From positions 1 to 18,198 of the IMG/VR virus record IMGVR_UViG_2534681697_000016: 18,198 bases of DNA, one strand, 5' to 3'. The notes below the pieces were generated by a model. The model had not been told where the DNA came from. It did no database searches and saw only the letters and a list, made by a program, of their open reading frames with translations. This document shows positions 10,847 to 18,198 of this stretch, one piece after another. Source of the DNA: a virus. Taxonomy: Duplodnaviria; Heunggongvirae; Uroviricota; Caudoviricetes. Position 1 is the stretch's first letter. Each line of letters starts with the position of its first letter. The position numbers were made by a program, and so were the translations under genes.

Positions 10847-11420
10847 AGTCACAGGTGGCAAACAGTTCCGGCAGAAGCTGAAACAGGTTGCCGCGAACCT
10901 TTCATTGGGTAAAAAACTCAAAGTGGGTTTTCTTGAGGGAGCAACTTACCCTGACGGTACGTCAGTGGCTTATATTGCCGCAGTTCAGGAGTTTGGTGGA
11001 AGAGCGGTCATACCCGCCCGTGAGCAGACGCTCCACTTTCGCTATAACGAAAAAACGGGAGAAACCGGGCACCGCTTTGTCAAAGCCGGTAAAGGGAATT
11101 TTGTTCAGGATGTGGTTATTCCTGAGCACACGGTCACCATTCCCCCCCGTCCGTTCTTCCGTAAGATGATCGAACATAAAAGTCCCGAATGGGGCGAAAA
11201 AATGGCGACCTTATTACGGGCGAATGATTTTGATACTGCGACCGCTCTGGTGTGTATGGGAGAACATATCAAAGGGCAGTTGCAGATGTCTGTTCGCGAC
11301 TGGGAAAGTCCGCCCAACGCTGCATCCACTGCCCGGCAAAAGGGTTTTAACAACCCGCTTATTGAAACCGGACATATGATGGACAGCGTTGATTATTCTG
11401 TAGACGGGGGCAAAAAATGA
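10836..11420 (+). CDS. phage neck/virion morphogenesis protein (HK97 gp10-like)
   Basis: The ORF track gives 10566-11420, but the upstream part overlaps the previous gene in another frame. ATG 10836 follows a GGGAGGGG ribosome-binding site and overlaps the upstream stop. Contains IPPRPFF, resembling the conserved PxRPF motif of HK97 gp10-like proteins. Confidence 0.45.
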
Positions 11421-11782
11421 ACTTTCACGGTATTGTTTCCGGCGCAGTACGTCGGGTAAATCCCTTTACAGACGCGCTGGTTTATCGTTCCCGCGGGAGT
11501 ACACAGCAGGCAGATTATTCCCGCGTACCTGAGTATGAAGATCCGGTTTCCGTCAGGGTGCAAAAGCAGGCTGTCACCCAGGCTGATTTACGTCATCTTG
11601 ATAATCTTAACCAGCAGGGAGTTTTCGCCACATTGTATACCGATGGTAACTGGTGCGGGCTTAACCGTGCCCGGCAACAGGGAGGCGATAAATTTGTTAT
11701 TGGCGATGAAACGTGGCTGGTGATTGAGGTACCGGAAATCTGGCCTGACTGGACGAGGGTTATTGTATGCCTTCAGGTGTGA
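11417..11782 (+). CDS. hypothetical phage head-tail joining protein (121 aa)
   Basis: ORF track 11417-11782; ATG overlaps the upstream stop (ATGA). Confidence 0.45.
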   Translation: MNFHGIVSGAVRRVNPFTDALVYRSRGSTQQADYSRVPEYEDPVSVRVQKQAVTQADLRHLDNLNQQGVFATLYTDGNWCGLNRARQQGGDKFVIGDETWLVIEVPEIWPDWTRVIVCLQV

Positions 11783-12312
11783 CCCTCTCCGTTACGGAAA
11801 GCGCTCTTTATCAGGCCCTCGGTGATTATCTCCGGGGGCTTTTTTCTGATGCCGGGATTGAACGAACGCAGCAGAACCAGGTCCCGATGCCTCAGGGGAA
11901 TTTCATCACCATGACGGGCATTGATGTTACCGGATTATCCACTGCGGTAGTGGCATATTCTGCGCCAGCGCAGGCTGGTGAGGGCTCTCAGCATATCACC
12001 CGTACCACAAAATGGCGTTGCCAGCTTGATTTCTACGGCCCTCACGCGGCAGATAACGCGCAGGTGCTGGCAACGCTTTTCCGGTCTGAATTTTCCGTAC
12101 GGCTTTTCCGGCAGGGCGGTGGGCTGATTTCCCCGCTGTATTGCTCAGAGCCCTTTAACACCACATTCCCCAACGGTCAGCAACAGTATGAACCGCGCTG
12201 GACGCTTGATATTCAGATGCAGATTAACCCTGTGGTCACAACTTCCCTGATGTTTTTTGACAACGTGATCACCCGGACAACGGAGGCTGATAATGCCAAT
12301 TCCACTCAGTAA
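11767..12312 (+). CDS. hypothetical phage tail completion/terminator-like protein (181 aa)
   Basis: ORF track 11767-12312, in the operon just before the sheath gene. Confidence 0.45.
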   Translation: MPSGVTLSVTESALYQALGDYLRGLFSDAGIERTQQNQVPMPQGNFITMTGIDVTGLSTAVVAYSAPAQAGEGSQHITRTTKWRCQLDFYGPHAADNAQVLATLFRSEFSVRLFRQGGGLISPLYCSEPFNTTFPNGQQQYEPRWTLDIQMQINPVVTTSLMFFDNVITRTTEADNANSTQ

Positions 12313-13777
12313 AGATGTACAGATAAATCCCGGTGTGCTGGCTGTGGCGGGTAATGCCGTTGATCTTAACGGCCTGCTGTTGACCAGTAATCCGTTACTT
12401 CCGGTCGGCACTGTGGTTCCGTTTTCCTCTCCGGATGATGTGGCCGCGTATTTTGGTGCATTATCCGATGAGTACGCACGCGCTCAGCTTTATTTCCAGG
12501 GCTTCAAAAATGCCACCAGGACGCCGGGGCAATTGTTGTTTTCCCGTTTCAGTCCTGCCCCATCGGCGGCCTGGTTACGTAGCGGTTCGTTTAAGGGCGC
12601 GACTGTTGAACAGCTACAAAAACTTTCCGGCACGCTGATGCTGAGTATTAACGGGAAAAGCGTCAGCATTGAAGTGAATTTTAACGGTGTCGCCAGCTTC
12701 GCCGCTGCTGCAACGGCACTACAGACAGCGCTGACCGCAGCAGTGGCTACAGTGGTATTCGATACCACACAGAATGCTTTTGTCATTACTGTCGCCGGTG
12801 CGAAACCCGGGAGTACCACGATAACGTTCGGCAGTGGATCGGCAGCAGAACTCCTGAAGATGACCAGTAACACCGGTGCGGTGATATCCCGGGGCGCGCC
12901 TGTATCTGATGTCCCTGACACAATGGCAGCCATTAAGGCCGCTTCCCAGCAATGGGCGGGTTTTTCCACGGTATCTGAGGTCACTGACGAGCAACACCTG
13001 GCGTTTTCTGCATGGGCAAACGGGCAGGGCAAGCGTTACTTTTATGTGGCATGGACAACCAGCGGCAACGCCAGAGTAAAAGGCAGTACTAAACACATCG
13101 CTTACCAGATAATTGCTGTCAATAACTACAGCTCTGTTGTACCTGTTTTCGCGACTGATGGTAACCGGGCTGCAGCGGTACTGGGGTATGCAGCGTGCCT
13201 TGATTTTGTCCGACCAGAGGGGCGTGTATCATTCAAGTTCCGCGAGTATGAGGGGCTGGCCGCTGATGTTACCAGTGGCAGCGATTATGATGCGCTGATC
13301 GCCGCAGGTTACAATTTCTACGGAAAATATGCGGAAAACAGTGTGGTGGAAGATTACTGGGCGGATGGCACTATTACCGGTGATTTTAAATGGCTGGACA
13401 GTTTCTGCGGGCAAATCTGGCTGAATGCCAGTTTGCAGGGGGCGGTGATCGCGTTATTCAAGTCAAACCAGACGATCCCCTACAACAATGAAGGGCGGGC
13501 GCTGGTTGCAGCGTCAATGAGTGACGTTATCCAGCAGTACAAACGCTGGGGAGGGATCCGTGAAGGGGTGACACTGACGGAGGCGCAGAAGAAACAGATT
13601 AACAATGTTGTGGGGGCAGATGTTTCTTCAACGTTGTTTGCCACCGGCTATTACCTGTATATCGGCGATATGCTTCCCTCTTTGCGGGCAACCCGTAGCA
13701 GTCCGTCCTGTACGCTCTGGTACTGTGACGGCGGTAGTATCCAGAAACTTGTTATTGCATCCACGGAGGTCCAGTAA
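12293..13777 (+). CDS. phage contractile-tail sheath protein (DUF3383-like)
   Basis: 494-aa ORF with ATG 12293 and a GGAGG ribosome-binding site, directly followed by a ~150-aa tube-sized gene and a chaperone/tape-measure pair, the canonical myovirus order. Confidence 0.6.
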   Translation: MPIPLSKDVQINPGVLAVAGNAVDLNGLLLTSNPLLPVGTVVPFSSPDDVAAYFGALSDEYARAQLYFQGFKNATRTPGQLLFSRFSPAPSAAWLRSGSFKGATVEQLQKLSGTLMLSINGKSVSIEVNFNGVASFAAAATALQTALTAAVATVVFDTTQNAFVITVAGAKPGSTTITFGSGSAAELLKMTSNTGAVISRGAPVSDVPDTMAAIKAASQQWAGFSTVSEVTDEQHLAFSAWANGQGKRYFYVAWTTSGNARVKGSTKHIAYQIIAVNNYSSVVPVFATDGNRAAAVLGYAACLDFVRPEGRVSFKFREYEGLAADVTSGSDYDALIAAGYNFYGKYAENSVVEDYWADGTITGDFKWLDSFCGQIWLNASLQGAVIALFKSNQTIPYNNEGRALVAASMSDVIQQYKRWGGIREGVTLTEAQKKQINNVVGADVSSTLFATGYYLYIGDMLPSLRATRSSPSCTLWYCDGGSIQKLVIASTEVQ

Positions 13778-14224
13778 ATGTCGGGTAACAACAACACCAT
13801 CACTGCGGCGGATGCCATTATCACGCTGACAGTGAATAATCTGTATCCCTCCGGCGTACGACTTCAGGGATTTGCAACAGATAACGTTTATGGCACCGAT
13901 CCACTGGTACTGGCGGAAACTGCCCGCGGTATTGACGGTAAACTGTCCGCGGGATTTGTGTACAGCAACATTATCCAGACGTTTCATATCATGCCGGATT
14001 CCCCCAGCCGGGATATTTTTGATACCTGGTCAACCACATCCCGGGCCAGTCGGGCTGTATTCCGTTGTAACGCTGTCGTCCTGCTTCCGGCGATTGGCCG
14101 TAAATATACCTGCGTGAATGGCGTACTCAAACAATGGAAAGCGCTGCCTGATGCAGCTCGTACGTTGCAGCCAGGGCAGGCGGTTATTGAGTGGGAAACC
14201 ATTACTCCGGAGGTTTTTAACTGA
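13778..14224 (+). CDS. phage tail tube protein
   Basis: 148-aa ORF with ATG 13778 and a GGAGG ribosome-binding site, between the sheath and the tail assembly chaperone. Confidence 0.5.
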   Translation: MSGNNNTITAADAIITLTVNNLYPSGVRLQGFATDNVYGTDPLVLAETARGIDGKLSAGFVYSNIIQTFHIMPDSPSRDIFDTWSTTSRASRAVFRCNAVVLLPAIGRKYTCVNGVLKQWKALPDAARTLQPGQAVIEWETITPEVFN

Positions 14225-14628
14225 TGGCCCGTAAAGAGAAATTTATCACTATTGAAGGTCAGGGACGGGATAAGGGCAAGGTATTTCATCTTACCGAAAT
14301 GTCTGCCTTACAGGCGGAATGGTGGGCGATGCGTGCCATTATGGCAATGGGGCGTGGTGGCGTGGAGTTACCGGATGATGTTCGTAGTCTGGGGATGGCT
14401 GCGCTTGCCCTTGAAGGGCTGAAAGCATTATCGAAAATTCCGCCTGATGAGGCGCGTCCGTTGATGGATGAAATGATGGACTGTGTGCAGTTTGTTCCCG
14501 ATCCGAAAAAACGCAGCATCCGGAGACCGCTTGTTGAAGAGGATATTGAAGAAATCATTACCCGTCTTAATCTGCGTGCGGAGGTCTTTAAGCTGCATGT
14601 GGATTTTTTCGCTACCGTCGTCAGCTAG
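14224..14628 (+). CDS. tail assembly chaperone (lambda gpG analogue)
   Basis: 134-aa ORF immediately upstream of the tape measure gene, with a T TTT TTC slippery heptamer 18 nt before its stop. Confidence 0.6.
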   Translation: MARKEKFITIEGQGRDKGKVFHLTEMSALQAEWWAMRAIMAMGRGGVELPDDVRSLGMAALALEGLKALSKIPPDEARPLMDEMMDCVQFVPDPKKRSIRRPLVEEDIEEIITRLNLRAEVFKLHVDFFATVVS

Positions 14629-14852
14629 ATATCCCCCCGCGTTATCTCGACCCCGACAGACCGTTCGGGGTGGTGGATTACGTTAATGTTCCCCGTACCA
14701 TTGCGACCGTTATCTCCTCCGGTAAGGCTTCAAAAGCTGAACTGGATTCTGTCCTTGGTGTGCAGGACTTATGGGATCTGCTGGAAATAATTCATGTGGA
14801 TGCCCATAACGAACAGGTGATACAGGAGAACAGAAATGGCGCAGGTACTTGA
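14224..14852 (+). CDS. tail assembly chaperone frameshift-extended product (gpGT analogue) via programmed -1 frameshift at 14604-14610
   Basis: The -1 frame is open from 14592 to 14852 (track ORF 14670-14852 from GTG). The slippery sequence T TTT TTC at 14604-14610 lies in the overlap, and the extension ends 14 bp after the tape measure ATG. Confidence 0.5.
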
Positions 14853-15376
14853 TGAGCTTGTTCTGTCCCTCGGGATTGATGACAGGGACTTTACTGCCGG
14901 GGAACAGGCAGTACATGCTGCCCTTAACCGGCTCACGACGGTGATGGAAGGTGTCGCTGACACATTCAGTCAGGGACAGAAGAAAACCAGTGAATCACTG
15001 GAAAAAACCGGAAAAGATGCTGATAAAACGGCCCGTCGAATGGAAGATGCCGGGAAACGGGCGTCCCGTTTTTTTTCAGGGATCCGTAGCGAGATTCTGG
15101 CTCTTGCGGGTGTCAGTCTGACGCTGGGGGGGCTGAAGAACCTGGTAACAGGTTTTGCCCGTGATCTGAACCGTCTGTCCGTGGAATCTGATGCTTTTGG
15201 CATGAAGGCCAGAAATCTGGACGGATGGTTACGGGCTGCGCGGGCAAATAATGTTGATGAAGGGGAAATGTCTGGGGCATTTTCCCGGCTTGCAAATGCA
15301 AAAGCGGCCTTCAGAGCCGGAAGGTCCTTTGATCCTGTGTTACAGGATTTGTTTCAGGTTGCAGCCAGGGCGGGCA
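14836..15376 (+). pseudogene. tail tape measure protein, N-terminal ~180 codons only, truncated by the IS5-family element
   Basis: ATG 14836 directly after the chaperone pair. The ORF track frame (14836-15402) runs into the IS inverted repeat at 15377 and terminates there. 180 aa is far shorter than any tape measure protein. Confidence 0.55.
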
Positions 15377-16298
15377 TTAGGCTGTGTCCCTTAATCATCT
15401 GAGCTATAGTAACTGTCTGTTTACACAACATATTGAACTATGGCTCGCTACGACCTTCCCGATGAGGCATGGACCATCATCAAGCCCCTGTTACCTCCTG
15501 AACCCGCCACACCACGGGCCGGACGCCCATGGGCTGAGCACCGTAAAATCATCAATGGCATGTTCTGGGTGTTATGTTCCGGTGCACCATGGCGCGATTT
15601 ACCCGAACGATATGGGTCATGGAAAACTGTTTATAACCGCTTTAACCGATGGTCAAAGTCAGGCGTGATTAATATTATTTTCAACAGGTTGCTTTCGCTA
15701 CTTGATGCAAACGGCTTTATTGACTGGTCTGCCACCGCGCTGGATGGCAGTAATATCCGGGCGCTGAAATGTGCCGCCGGTGCTCAAAAAAACATCCCGA
15801 TATCGACGGAGATAATGGGCTGGGTCGCTCTCGCGGCGGTTTTGGCACCAAAATCCATCTGGCAACAGACGGAAGTGGCCTCCCGTTAAATATCGTGCTA
15901 AGCCCCGGACAAGCTCATGAAAGCCAGTTCGCGCAACGACTTCTGGACGGGATTGGCGTTCAGCGTCAGAACGGCAGCATGAAACGCCGTGGACATGCGG
16001 TACTGGCTGATAAAGCGTATTCAGGGCGCGCATTGCGCAACGAGCTGAAAAATAACGGTATAAAGGCAGTAATCCCCCGAAAGTCAAATGAGAAAATGGC
16101 ATCGGATGGACGTGCACAGCTTGATCGTGATGCGTACCGCAATCGTAATGTCGTTGAACGGTGCTTTGGGCGGCTGAAAGAATATCGCCGCATCGCCACG
16201 CGTTACGACAAAACGGCGAGAAATTACCTGGCGATGGTGAAACTGGGCTGCATCCGACTCTTTTATCAACGCTTACGTAATTAAGGGACACAGCCTAA
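15377..16298 (+). mobile_element. IS5-family insertion sequence (IS427/IS1031-group-like), ~920 bp
   Basis: Perfect 19-bp terminal inverted repeats: TTAGGCTGTGTCCCTTAAT at 15377-15395 and its reverse complement at 16280-16298. Encodes a two-frame transposase with an A7 slippery run. Boundaries are +/- 3 bp. Confidence 0.75.
15440..16284 (+). CDS. IS5-family DDE transposase, produced from two frames by a -1 frameshift at the A7 run 15786-15792
   Basis: Track ORFs 15440-15889 and 15769-16284 (-1 frame). The joined product reads ...LDGSNIRALKCAAGAQKK/HPDIDGDNGLGRSRGGFGTKIHLATDGSGLPLNIVLSPGQAHESQ...DKAYSG...NVVERCFGRLKEYRRIATRYDK, with the GRSRGG-TKIH and YDK hallmarks of IS5-family transposases. 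Confidence 0.8.
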
Positions 16299-16378
16299 AA
16301 CTCCGTGCCCATATAACCCAAGTCGGAGGCATGCCTTCCTCTGGTTCGTTCCATCTAAAATGTCTATACATAACATGG

Positions 16379-16779
16379 TTATTCAATTATTTTTTCTTTG
16401 AATATATTCTCAGTCCAGCTGTGTTTATACCTGATGAAAATTTGACACTCACCAATATTATCAATGTCTCCAGAATTTGTATTTGGAATTTGTCCAACTG
16501 CAACTATAGTTGATTCAAAATATTCAACATTGACATTATCTGTAATTATTGAAATTATATAATCATCTGGAATAGAGCCATTAGGAGTTATATTGAAGAA
16601 ACTAACATCTGAAAATACCAAATAACCATCTTCTAAGTCTTCATTATCATAAAAATTCCATTCTGTTGTACCATAGGCTATCCTTGAGATTAAATTAACC
16701 TGAATTCTAATTTGTTTACTCCATAAATCAAATTCAATTTTTTTATTGCTCGATCACCAAGATATATTCTATCAAACAT
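16379..16779 (-). pseudogene. putative Rhs-associated immunity protein gene, split by a frameshift in an A7 run
   Basis: Minus-strand ATG at 16779-16777 lies 14 nt after the Rhs stop, behind a GGGGGG ribosome-binding site. That frame stops after 29 codons (MFDRIYLGDRAIKKLNLIYGVNKLEFRLI). The -1 frame is open from before the A7 run (plus-strand T7 at 16738-16744) to 16379 and contains the track ORF 16379-16621. AT-rich like the adjacent toxin tip. Confidence 0.4.
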
Positions 16780-16793
16780 ATTACCCCCCTATT

Positions 16794-18198
16794 CTAAAAA
16801 TACTCAGGCATTCCGCACATTATATCAGCCTCATCTTGATTGCTTCCCGTTGACATTTCAACATACATAGCACAATAACATTGTCCAAACGTTCCCTCTC
16901 TACATGATCTAAGTGTAAACATATGTAAAACAGAACTAAAAAAGCTTAGTGTACCGAGTGATCTAATACCGATATGTGCGGCACTACTATTCCATGGTAC
17001 AACGCGACCATTAACATCAAGGGATGGACCTTGGCCTTTCATACCGCTACCTGTTCCTGGTAAATGTGCATGTGGTGTTGAATTGTTTGCATGCCCTATT
17101 GGATTAAGCCTATAATCATTTGAATTATTCTGATAAAGAGTGTGAGTATCTGCACTTCCTGGATTACTGGGGGGATACGGGATTGTTCTGCCACCTACCG
17201 GTTCAACCATAATATTGCCTTTAGAATCACCTATAAACCTACCAACAGGTTGTTGAGTTATAGGATCAATAGTACAGGATTGACTTACAGGTTTTTGTCT
17301 GGGAGAAGGTAATGATAATAGATCTAATCCCAAAGGTTCTATATACTGAACCGGATTCAACGGATACTGATAAAAATTCCATCCCCCCTTCAGTCCAATC
17401 GGATCCTGAGTGATATATCGCCCCTGCAGCGGGTCATAATAGCGGTGGCGGTTGTAATACAGGCCGGACTCCTCATCATACTGCTGCCCCGGCAGGCGGA
17501 TAAGCTGCTGCAGCTGATGCGGGTTCTCTTCATTCAGCAGGTTGCCCCACTCATCGTATTCTGCGCACCATTCTGTTGCCCCTTCCGTGCTGATAAGCAC
17601 CAGCGGCAGGCCGCGATGGTCGCAGTGGTACAGGTGGATTTTTCGCGCCGGCGTGTACACCGGGTCCATCTGGTTTTGCATCTGCTCTACCGTCAGGCCG
17701 CACGATGCCAGCCAGCGGCGGCTTTCCTCACTCACCCGGTCAGCCAGGATTTCACTTTCCAGCCGGTCGAGCATCTGCACCAGCACCGGCGGGAACACCA
17801 CATCACCACCGTCTTCGCCGCCGGACTGCTGAAGGGCATCCGCCAGGCTGCGGCGCTGCATTTTCGCCTGCTCACCGGTGGCGGTTTCAACTCTGATGAG
17901 TGGCGTGAAGCTCCCCGGCTGATAAATCGTCTGGATGCGGGTTCTGTCGTTCTGTATCGTGGTCAGGCGGTCGCCGTCCCAGCCGTACCAGGTCACTTCC
18001 GGTTTCCGTGACAGCGACATCCAGCCCGTCAGGTCCCGTTCACGTCGCCATACCCGTTTTGCCACCCTGCGGCCCAGCGGGTCGTAAAGATAGCGGCTTT
18101 CGACCAGCGGCTCTGCATATTGTGTCCGCGTGTAGTGCACCAGCCGGTGCTGACTGTCGTAATGGTACCGGTGGGTGCGCTCATCATCCGTGCGGATA
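16794..18198 (-). CDS. Rhs-family protein, C-terminal part: 3' end of the YD-repeat core plus a ~176-aa C-terminal polymorphic toxin tip; the 5' end lies beyond the window
   Basis: The minus-strand frame is open to the window edge; the track ORF 16794-18140 begins at an internal GTG. It contains YD repeats ([36 protein letters not shown]) and the core-terminal hallmark [40 protein letters not shown]. An AT-rich variable tip follows, ending ...CGMPEYF-stop at 16794. Confidence 0.85.
   Translation of the reverse strand, partial: IRTDDERTHRYHYDSQHRLVHYTRTQYAEPLVESRYLYDPLGRRVAKRVWRRERDLTGWMSLSRKPEVTWYGWDGDRLTTIQNDRTRIQTIYQPGSFTPLIRVETATGEQAKMQRRSLADALQQSGGEDGGDVVFPPVLVQMLDRLESEILADRVSEESRRWLASCGLTVEQMQNQMDPVYTPARKIHLYHCDHRGLPLVLISTEGATEWCAEYDEWGNLLNEENPHQLQQLIRLPGQQYDEESGLYYNRHRYYDPLQGRYITQDPIGLKGGWNFYQYPLNPVQYIEPLGLDLLSLPSPRQKPVSQSCTIDPITQQPVGRFIGDSKGNIMVEPVGGRTIPYPPSNPGSADTHTLYQNNSNDYRLNPIGHANNSTPHAHLPGTGSGMKGQGPSLDVNGRVVPWNSSAAHIGIRSLGTLSFFSSVLHMFTLRSCREGTFGQCYCAMYVEMSTGSNQDEADIMCGMPEYF

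Noticed and set aside
12490-13096. 180-aa and 125-aa minus-strand ORFs
   Set aside because: Antisense to the tail sheath gene; no independent support.
15698-16291. 197-aa minus-strand ORF
   Set aside because: Antisense to the IS5-family transposase, whose sense frames carry the family hallmarks.
16322-16345. Short palindrome-like stretch (CGGAGGCATGCCTTCCTC) after the immunity-like ORF
   Set aside because: The stem is imperfect (GGAGG versus GGAAGG) with no adjacent U-tract; too weak to call a terminator.
17445-18011. 188-aa plus-strand ORF, plus nested 96-aa and 63-aa ORFs
   Set aside because: Antisense to the Rhs core, which has unmistakable YD-repeat coding content on the minus strand.

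Overview
Mosaic enterobacterial (E. coli/Shigella-like) chromosomal segment, heavily restructured by insertion sequences. All calls are from reading the sequence and the ORF track; no database search was run. Left to right: (1) the 5' part of an IS911-like IS3-family element (1-358, minus strand) abutting a frameshifted Old-Yellow-Enzyme-family flavin oxidoreductase remnant (359-912). (2) A short backbone stretch with a 33-aa small-protein ORF (ykgR-like, 1386-1487), then a palindromic Zur box and the first ~30 codons of rpmE2/ykgM (zinc-independent L31 paralog), cut at 1940/1941 by a complete IS600-like element (1941-3205). (3) A ~12.2 kb tailed-phage morphogenesis module (3206-15376), all on the plus strand and tightly packed: terminase large subunit, portal, Mu-F-like head protein, protease/scaffold-like protein, putative decoration and major capsid proteins, five small head-tail genes, contractile-tail sheath and tube, a tail assembly chaperone with a -1 frameshift extension, and the N-terminal part of a tape measure protein. 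It is truncated on both sides by IS elements; no integrase, lysis, replication or baseplate genes are in the window. (4) A compact IS5-family element (15377-16298) with 19-bp perfect terminal inverted repeats. (5) On the minus strand, the GC-rich 3' end of an Rhs core gene fused to an AT-rich C-terminal toxin tip (16794-18198, runs off the window), followed by an AT-rich immunity-like ORF split by a frameshift in an A7 run. No rRNA, tRNA or CRISPR array was seen. The best candidate for something undescribed is the Rhs C-terminal toxin tip and its frameshifted immunity-like partner; the rest is an IS-scrambled prophage remnant and backbone decay.
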